The notes under the pieces are model-generated. The model was given only the letters and a program-made list of their open reading frames with translations. It was not told the origin of the DNA and did no database searches. This document shows positions 57,784 through 64,000 of a stretch of DNA of 64,000 bases, piece by piece. The position numbers were made by a program, and so were the translations under genes. Position 1 is the first letter of the stretch; every line of letters starts with the position of its first letter. Source of the DNA: Methylococcaceae bacterium (GTDB taxonomy: Bacteria; Pseudomonadota; Gammaproteobacteria; Methylococcales; Methylomonadaceae); assembly GCA_021647145.1 (NCBI GenBank), contig JAKIVF010000001.1:2743-66742 (forward strand). The letters are read 5' to 3'.

Positions 57784-58608
57784 TTATTGCCAGGAAAAAT
57801 TATTTTCAACCCGTAAGCCATGCATAGTCATACCATAAAGCTTTAGCTCGTTTTGACTCCATTCTTTTTGTTGACGTTTTTTTTTGATCTTTTTTAACTT
57901 TCGCTCCAGCCAGCTTTGTTTAAGTAAACGATAATTATAGCGGTAAGCCAAGCCATCTTTTTCTTTTAGCCCTCGTTCTTGTTTCATTGCTGTTTGTGTG
58001 ACAGAGCCATAATGGTGTAGCCATGAAGCTCCAGTCATACCAGTAGCAATACCGGCTTTATCAGCTTCATGAAAAAAAAGGGTGTCTTCGTAACCTAATA
58101 ATTTAGGTGTGGGCTGAAAATAACCAATATCTAGCCAGACAGATTTATGGACTGCGAGACATACAGCGTGCCTGTCGCCTATCCTAAGGCTGTTTTCCAT
58201 TTTCTTTGAAGCTTTGCTGGAAAAAGCATTGAAGTCATAATCCATGGAGCCTTCTACTAAGGAAGGAGAAATAATTTTTAGTTTATTTTTTTCTGCAGTA
58301 TGGATTAAATTTTCGACCCAATTAGCTGATACAAGTACATCATTATTCATGATAATCGTCCATTCTGCTTGAAGGGCTAAGGCTCCTTGATTCCATGCTA
58401 CACCACAACCTAAATTTGCTTGATTAAAAGTAAGGCCGCCTAGTGAAATTGATTGTAGATAATTTCGCGTGTCATCAGTGGAGCCATTATCGATGACAAC
58501 TAGTCGGCTCAGGTCGGTGCCATGCAGAATCATGCTATCTATACACTGGCGTGTATACTCTACTTGGTTGTAGCAGGCAAAGGTTATTGCATAGTTTGAT
58601 GGATTCAT
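57784..58608 (-). CDS. family 2 glycosyltransferase
   Basis: FACYNQVEYTRQCIDS...VIDNGSTDDT...MNNDV. Confidence 0.8.
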   Translation of the reverse strand: MNPSNYAITFACYNQVEYTRQCIDSMILHGTDLSRLVVIDNGSTDDTRNYLQSISLGGLTFNQANLGCGVAWNQGALALQAEWTIIMNNDVLVSANWVENLIHTAEKNKLKIISPSLVEGSMDYDFNAFSSKASKKMENSLRIGDRHAVCLAVHKSVWLDIGYFQPTPKLLGYEDTLFFHEADKAGIATGMTGASWLHHYGSVTQTAMKQERGLKEKDGLAYRYNYRLLKQSWLERKLKKIKKKRQQKEWSQNELKLYGMTMHGLRVENNFSWQ

Positions 58609-58635
58609 TGTTTAAGTTTTTAACAAAATAGTTGT

Positions 58636-60657
58636 TTATTGTAAATGGAAATAATTAGTTAAGTAAAGTGAACCTGTTTCATTTAAATGATTATCATCAC
58701 GATAAAGCATTTGATTATTTTTAATCGCCCAACAATAAGTTTGGTCACAAAAAGCTTTTCTTGTATCCCAGACTTTTATCGCAGGAAACTCATGTAGCAC
58801 TTCAAAAGCTAAGCTACGGTATTTATTTTGCTTGGAATCTATTATAGATCGTTGTGTGGCACAAGGTTTTTTAGATGTCTGTCCGCTTATTCTCCATGGT
58901 CGTTGGCTGCAGGCAGAAGGTCTAAAGTCTAAAGCAGGGATATCTAAAACAAAAATTACTTTTTTATTAGCATTTAATAAGCGTTGAAAAGTTTCTCGCA
59001 TTGTCGATTGAAAAACTTTAGCAATATCTTTTTTTTGTGATTTTTTGATAAAAGGTGTTAATTGATTCCAATGGTCTTGCTGATTTGTTTTTTTTTCTGT
59101 GAGCTGTTTTAACACGTAGCTTCCAGAATAACTACTAAGAATGACAGTTTTGACAGTTGGTGTTTCTATTGCAATTTCTAATGCTTTATTAATAAGAGAG
59201 GTGCATTCTTTATCGGGGTTATTAAAAAAAGGTAGGCAAGAACTAACACCAAAATTAAATAGATTGCCTCCTGTCAGTAGGGGTTTGCTGATTAGTCCTG
59301 GGTAAAGGTGATTCGCATGACTGTCACCAATTAACATTGCAGTAGCTGGTTTATTATTGCTTTGTTGTAAACAAAAAACATAAGCTCCATATTTATCTAG
59401 GCAGGATGGTTGGGTTATTAAATTATTTTTTTTCCAAGGAATTAGTCCTACTTCACCTGCACTCCAATTAGAGTAAACAGAAAGACGTTTAGGGTAACCT
59501 TGTTTTTGGTAGACTTGAAATCCAATGGCTCCAACTAAAAATAAACTAATTAATAAGCCAATGGGTATTATCCAATGGTTTCGATAACGGAATTTTTTTT
59601 CAATAAATTGATATGTCCCCCATGCCAAAATGCAGCTTAATAACAATGCAAAAAAACGCAAGCTTGAGCTTGGTCTTTCCATCTCAATAATCTGTAAATA
59701 GCTTAATATTGGCCAATGCCATAAATAAAGAGGATAACTAATTAAGCCAATAAAAATTGCTGTTTTATTGGAAAGAATATGGCGATTGAACCAGGCTTTT
59801 TCTCCAGCTATAATAATACAAGCTGCGCCAATAGCAGGCATGAGTGCCCATCCACCGGGGAACAATATGTTTTTTATGTTGAAGCCAATCCATGCAGTAA
59901 TAATAAGAATGAAGCCAAACCAGGAAAGAATATTGGCAAAACTTTTATCTTTATCAACTGGTTGGTGGATCAGTATGTGATGGGTGACTTTGTCGAAGGT
60001 GGGGCGAAAATATAAATTAATGTATGCAACTGAGCTACCTATTAATAATTCCCATGCCCTTGTCTGAGGGTGAAAAAAGACTTTATCAGGGTTGTTTTCG
60101 ATTTGATTTATATTTAGCAAAAAAGAAAAAACCAGGCAGACTAAAATGATTGAGATAGGGGTAAGGTGGAGCCGAAAAGCCAGTATAAGTAGTAAAGGAA
60201 AAATTAAATAAAACTGTTCTTCAATACTCAATGACCAAAGGTGTAATAGGGGTTTTAACTCCGCAGAAGTATCAAAATACCCCGCTTCATTTTCTAAAAT
60301 AAAATTAGAAATATAAATGGCTCCAGCCGATATGTGTTTTCCTAGTAATTGGTATTCATCAGACAATAAAATAAACCAACCAGAAATTAAGCAAAATATA
60401 AGAACTACAAGTAAGGCTGGAAAAATACGCTTTATTCGTCGGCTATAGAATTCTAATAAACTAAAATTGTTCTGAGTCAGTCCTTTTAAAATAATTCCAG
60501 TAATTAAGTAACCAGAAATAACAAAAAAAATATCTACGCCAATAAAACCTCCTCTTAAGAAACGAGGATATGCATGGAATATTATGACTAATAAGATTGC
60601 GAAAGCGCGAAGTCCATCAATATCCGGTCGATAATTTAGATGTGGGTTATGAGTCAT
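58636..60657 (-). CDS. acyltransferase-3 (OafA/YrhL-like) with C-terminal SGNH domain
   Basis: RPDIDGLRAFAILLVIIFHA, about 10 TM segments, then a soluble C-terminal domain containing LIGDSHANHLYPG. Confidence 0.85.
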   Translation of the reverse strand: MTHNPHLNYRPDIDGLRAFAILLVIIFHAYPRFLRGGFIGVDIFFVISGYLITGIILKGLTQNNFSLLEFYSRRIKRIFPALLVVLIFCLISGWFILLSDEYQLLGKHISAGAIYISNFILENEAGYFDTSAELKPLLHLWSLSIEEQFYLIFPLLLILAFRLHLTPISIILVCLVFSFLLNINQIENNPDKVFFHPQTRAWELLIGSSVAYINLYFRPTFDKVTHHILIHQPVDKDKSFANILSWFGFILIITAWIGFNIKNILFPGGWALMPAIGAACIIIAGEKAWFNRHILSNKTAIFIGLISYPLYLWHWPILSYLQIIEMERPSSSLRFFALLLSCILAWGTYQFIEKKFRYRNHWIIPIGLLISLFLVGAIGFQVYQKQGYPKRLSVYSNWSAGEVGLIPWKKNNLITQPSCLDKYGAYVFCLQQSNNKPATAMLIGDSHANHLYPGLISKPLLTGGNLFNFGVSSCLPFFNNPDKECTSLINKALEIAIETPTVKTVILSSYSGSYVLKQLTEKKTNQQDHWNQLTPFIKKSQKKDIAKVFQSTMRETFQRLLNANKKVIFVLDIPALDFRPSACSQRPWRISGQTSKKPCATQRSIIDSKQNKYRSLAFEVLHEFPAIKVWDTRKAFCDQTYCWAIKNNQMLYRDDNHLNETGSLYLTNYFHLQ

Positions 60658-60672
60658 TGTTGTTTGGACAGA

Positions 60673-62043
60673 CTAGGAAACAAATTTATTTTTGATTGAG
60701 TGTTCTCCAGCTATTTGAGCCGTTAATCCTGCGATGATTAAGCCATAAAAACTAGATAAATATTTTAAGTTAAATACTTCTATGCTAATACTACAGATTA
60801 CTAGACAAGTGATATACGCAAGTCCAAGCTGAGCTGCTTTTGCAATATCAGGGGTTTTATGTTTTGCATTTTTAGCGAATAGAAAAAAAGGGGCAAAAAA
60901 TAAAAAAAATACGGATAGTGTGCCTGTAATGCCAGAACGGAGTGTGTTTGCTAATAGTTCATTGTGGGTGCCACAGCATGCGAGTGTTCCTTTGGCTGCT
61001 TCTGAAGCCGTTGAACTAAACCAAGGTTCATTCAAAAATGCTGCGTACCCCTTGTTTCCATAGCCAAAAAGAGGATTATGTAAAAAAAGTTGCCAAGATA
61101 TTTTCCATATTGAAAGTCTAAGTCCTGTTGGTGAGTCTACATTAGAGTGATTAAGCCAGTTGATAATTTCATAAAAACCGCTAGATGACCTATTGCCTGG
61201 ATAGGTGAAAAAGCCAGCAGATGATATAAAGTAAAATGTAATAAGGAGTATTAATAGCCAAGGAAGGTAATGACGTATTGTGCGAAAATTAAAAACCAAC
61301 CAAATTATTAGAATAAAAGGGATTGCTAACCAGGCTCCTCGAGTCCCTGAGCCTATGACTAAAGTTAAACCTATTAGAAAGCCAGATGCTTGATATAAAC
61401 GCCAAATTAATGATGGTTTTGACGGTGTTGTTAAATGAAATAGGCAAAAACTGGTAAGAACAGTTGTGTATGTGCCAAAAGCATTAGGCCTGACAAAGGC
61501 AGTGGCGTATCGCCCCAGTTCATTAGCAACTACTTCAGGGTGAAGAAAGAGAGATAGCGCTATTGCCCATAATGCTAAGGGTGATGTCAGAGCTAATAAA
61601 TGAGAAAAATTAACTTTTTTATAAATAAAAAAAAATAATATTGGGATTGAGAATAACATTCTTGATGGTCCGTCATAGGCTCTTATAAGCCAGTCTTGTC
61701 TTCCAAGTTGGCTTAAAAATATTGCAATGACTGGTAGTGACAAGGCAAGCAGGGTAGGCCAAATAATGTTAAGTCTGTTTGTTTGTATAAGAAGGGTGGT
61801 GCTTTTTTTTATATAAAAAAGTGAAGGGATCAGGAGTAAAAACAAACAAGTGTTTGTCATTCCTTTTATGGATAAAAAGCCTAAAATGCTGGCAAGTAAT
61901 ACAAGTATTAAATAAGAATCAAGCCACTTGTTTTCTGGCCGGCCAAGTAAATTTAATTGCCTAAGTGTCATGTATATTTTATTAGATAATCTGATGCTTG
62001 TTATGAGCGAAAAAGTTAGCAAGGGGCTTGTTTGAAAGCGCAT
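60673..62043 (-). CDS. O-antigen ligase (WaaL/Wzy_C) family membrane protein
   Basis: Polytopic protein with the GSGTRGAWLAIPFILI loop region typical of Wzy_C domains. The start is uncertain. Confidence 0.78.
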   Translation of the reverse strand: MRFQTSPLLTFSLITSIRLSNKIYMTLRQLNLLGRPENKWLDSYLILVLLASILGFLSIKGMTNTCLFLLLIPSLFYIKKSTTLLIQTNRLNIIWPTLLALSLPVIAIFLSQLGRQDWLIRAYDGPSRMLFSIPILFFFIYKKVNFSHLLALTSPLALWAIALSLFLHPEVVANELGRYATAFVRPNAFGTYTTVLTSFCLFHLTTPSKPSLIWRLYQASGFLIGLTLVIGSGTRGAWLAIPFILIIWLVFNFRTIRHYLPWLLILLITFYFISSAGFFTYPGNRSSSGFYEIINWLNHSNVDSPTGLRLSIWKISWQLFLHNPLFGYGNKGYAAFLNEPWFSSTASEAAKGTLACCGTHNELLANTLRSGITGTLSVFFLFFAPFFLFAKNAKHKTPDIAKAAQLGLAYITCLVICSISIEVFNLKYLSSFYGLIIAGLTAQIAGEHSIKNKFVS

Positions 62044-62136
62044 ATTTTATAATGATATGAAAACAAAAGTATAACTATTCACCTAATGTTAGTTTAAGTG
62101 TGGCTGGTTATGTAAAAAATGATTATTTTAGAGGAG

Positions 62137-63174
62137 TCATTCTTTTTCAGATATTACATAATGAGATGATTTCAAAAGAAATCTTTTTTCAACTAAATGC
62201 CAAGATAAATAAGAAACTATGAATATGCAAAAGGCTAGTGATATTAGACCTAAAATGATATTTGAAAAGAGATCATAATAAATAAATATTTGTATAATTG
62301 GAAAGTGCCAAATATATACCCCGAAGGACAAGTCTCCATATTTGCCAAAGTTTCCAAGGTAGCTAAAAATTGTAGCAAAATAAATGATCACTACTGCCAA
62401 TGCAGCAGGGTATAGGTAATTTACATTAATGATAAAGATGTGTGTTAGAAGAATTGCTAAAGATGCTATTAAAATTGGTAAATAGTGTTTGTGAAAAAAA
62501 TCAAAATAATAATAAAGAAATGCGCCTGAGATAAAAAAGGTCATTTGTCCTGGAAGCTGTCTTTCGAGCCTTATAAATATATCCATTTCATAGTGGGATG
62601 AAAGCCAAAACATGGTGAAAGAATAAAAAAGAGATAATAAATAAATAGAACAAAGAACAAGAACTTTGTTTGATTTTGAAAGTATATAAGCAATAATTGG
62701 AACTAAACAATAAAACATGACTTCAATTTTAATTGTCCAAAGAGCGCCATTAACTACATGCCAAGGGTTTCCGTTGAATACACCGGGAAGAGTAAGGTGA
62801 ATAAAATTTAAAGTGAGTAAGTTAAAAAAAATATATTTTAGAAACTCTATATTGAAGTAATTATAAAATGATTCGGTAGAGATAAAAAACATAAAAAATG
62901 CTGATAAAATAATAACAGTAAAATATCCGGGAAATATTCGTCTTGCTCTTTTGATGGCATAGGTTATTATTTTTGGGTTAGAGTCAAAGCTCATGAAAAT
63001 TAAAAAACCACTGATAATAAAAAAAGAATCAACGGCGCTTTTCGAATTAAGAAGCTGACTATATATATTGAGTATTTCAAGCTTTGTTAGCATTTCTACA
63101 TGAACAATCGCCACTATGATAGCCAGTATTAATCTTAGGATGTCGAAATTATTTGATTTTTTAGTAATATACAT
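62137..63174 (-). CDS. acyltransferase-3 family membrane protein
   Basis: FDILRLILAIIVAIVHV and DSFFIISGFLI; 345-aa polytopic protein. Confidence 0.8.
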   Translation of the reverse strand: MYITKKSNNFDILRLILAIIVAIVHVEMLTKLEILNIYSQLLNSKSAVDSFFIISGFLIFMSFDSNPKIITYAIKRARRIFPGYFTVIILSAFFMFFISTESFYNYFNIEFLKYIFFNLLTLNFIHLTLPGVFNGNPWHVVNGALWTIKIEVMFYCLVPIIAYILSKSNKVLVLCSIYLLSLFYSFTMFWLSSHYEMDIFIRLERQLPGQMTFFISGAFLYYYFDFFHKHYLPILIASLAILLTHIFIINVNYLYPAALAVVIIYFATIFSYLGNFGKYGDLSFGVYIWHFPIIQIFIYYDLFSNIILGLISLAFCIFIVSYLSWHLVEKRFLLKSSHYVISEKE

Positions 63175-63223
63175 TTTGATTTTATAGATGCGGTCTCTAT
63201 ATTCACAAATACGAGGTTAATAT

Positions 63224-64000
63224 TTAAATTGTGGCAGTGTTTATTTTTAATGCCAGATCAATATATTCGATGACTTTTTTGCTAGTTAATTTCTCAAGAC
63301 ATTCACTTTTACTAAGTCTATGCTTATCACAGCCTTCTTGATAGCACGGGACACAGCTACCCTCGCCCTGTACTAAAAAAACATTATTAATATGTTGTGA
63401 TCCTTTTGTTATAAAAGGATTTTGGTTAAGATGATAATTAATCGGCCAGGGCGCCCATTTAACAGGGTTGGATGGTCCAAATAATGCGATCACTTGTGTA
63501 CCTGTTGCTGCGGCTAAATGTGTGATGCCTGTGTCTGGGCCAATAAATAGTTTGGCGTGTGAAATAATATGGCTTAAATTTGCTAAAGAAATTTTCCCTG
63601 CAAGGTTAAGGGTGTTTTTTGGTAATTTTTTTTGTATTTGATGAATATAAACTTTTTCATCTTCACTAGGGCCGCCAGAAAGGATTATTTTTAGTTCTCG
63701 TGATTGTAGATATTCTCCTATTTCTATCCATCCTTGATTGTGCCATTGTTTATATCTCCATTGGGGGTGAACATGTAAAACAGCATAGTTCTCAGTAATG
63801 TTAAAATTAGCGGGAGCTAAAAATTTTTCTGATTTTGGAGGGACTAAGTCATAGAGAGAAGGAACATTTAAAATGCTAGAAAGTTTAAGAAACTCTAGGA
63901 TAGTGTGGTTTTCAATATTATCAAATTCAATCCAGCCCTGAGTAAAAAATCTTTTCCACCAGCCTTTTTCTGGGCGAGGAGGAACAAAGCCAATTCTATT
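63224..64000 (-). CDS. family 9 glycosyltransferase (LPS heptosyltransferase-like), 5' end beyond the window
   Basis: My translation shows the frame is open from 63493 to the window end, with no in-frame stop. It reads ...HVHPQWRYKQW...ILSGGPSEDE...NLAGKISLANLSHIISHAKLFIGPDTGITHLAAATGTQVIALFGPSNP, which is GT9 signature sequence. The track reports only the 3' 89 codons. Confidence 0.82.
   Translation of the reverse strand, partial: NRIGFVPPRPEKGWWKRFFTQGWIEFDNIENHTILEFLKLSSILNVPSLYDLVPPKSEKFLAPANFNITENYAVLHVHPQWRYKQWHNQGWIEIGEYLQSRELKIILSGGPSEDEKVYIHQIQKKLPKNTLNLAGKISLANLSHIISHAKLFIGPDTGITHLAAATGTQVIALFGPSNPVKWAPWPINYHLNQNPFITKGSQHINNVFLVQGEGSCVPCYQEGCDKHRLSKSECLEKLTSKKVIEYIDLALKINTATI

Noticed and set aside
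57370-61810. Homopolymer tracts (T8 at 57370, T9 at 57877, T8 at 59029, T9 at 59088, A9 at 61627, T8 at 61803) in LPS genes as phase-variation switches
   Set aside because: Equally long runs occur in housekeeping genes of this AT-rich sequence, for example A9 at 18943-18951 in envC. The tracts are therefore not specific evidence for contingency loci.
1-64000. Search by eye for tRNA, rRNA, tmRNA, CRISPR arrays, transposases, integrases, phage genes, toxin-antitoxin pairs or known defence-system genes
   Set aside because: I recognised none. Every long ORF has a housekeeping, envelope or metabolic assignment, or is a small hypothetical. Covariance-model and profile-HMM scans would be needed to exclude cryptic RNAs or remote homologues.

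Overview
AT-rich gammaproteobacterial chromosomal segment that reads almost entirely as core genome. I cannot assign the taxon from sequence alone. Gene order, left to right: malic enzyme (partial); BASS transporter; pcnB-folK-panB-panC-(MscS channel)-panD; rpmB-rpmG; gshB-TonB-like-yqgE-ruvX; orphan TusB/DsrH-like gene; ArsR(BigR-like)-rhodanese-secB-gpsA; gpmI-envC-ctpA; cysI-DUF934; nhaD; xthA-ampG; rpmE; gltA; PBP1A; pilMNOPQ; aroK-aroB-AAA/SPOR protein-hemE; a MoxR/DUF58/DUF4381/BatA/BatB/BatD operon extended by a dehydrogenase and a methyltransferase; POT transporter-DUF4124-SDR-CPXCG; rubredoxin; and an LPS core/O-antigen locus (MTHFR-like, 2x GT2, 2x acyltransferase, O-antigen ligase, GT9 partial). 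I saw no rRNA, tRNA, CRISPR array, transposase, integrase or recognisable defence genes. Two real genes are below the ORF-track size cutoff: rpmG and a rubredoxin. The points most worth a second look: the Bat-type operon with a translationally coupled dehydrogenase; an in-frame 9-nt x 11 tandem repeat in batB; a 158-bp nested palindromic MITE-like element after ruvX; a BigR/YgaV-like regulator upstream of a membrane rhodanese; pcnB with no canonical start codon; and an MTHFR-like gene plus rubredoxin at the edge of the LPS locus. All family calls rest on motif recognition by eye. No database search was run.
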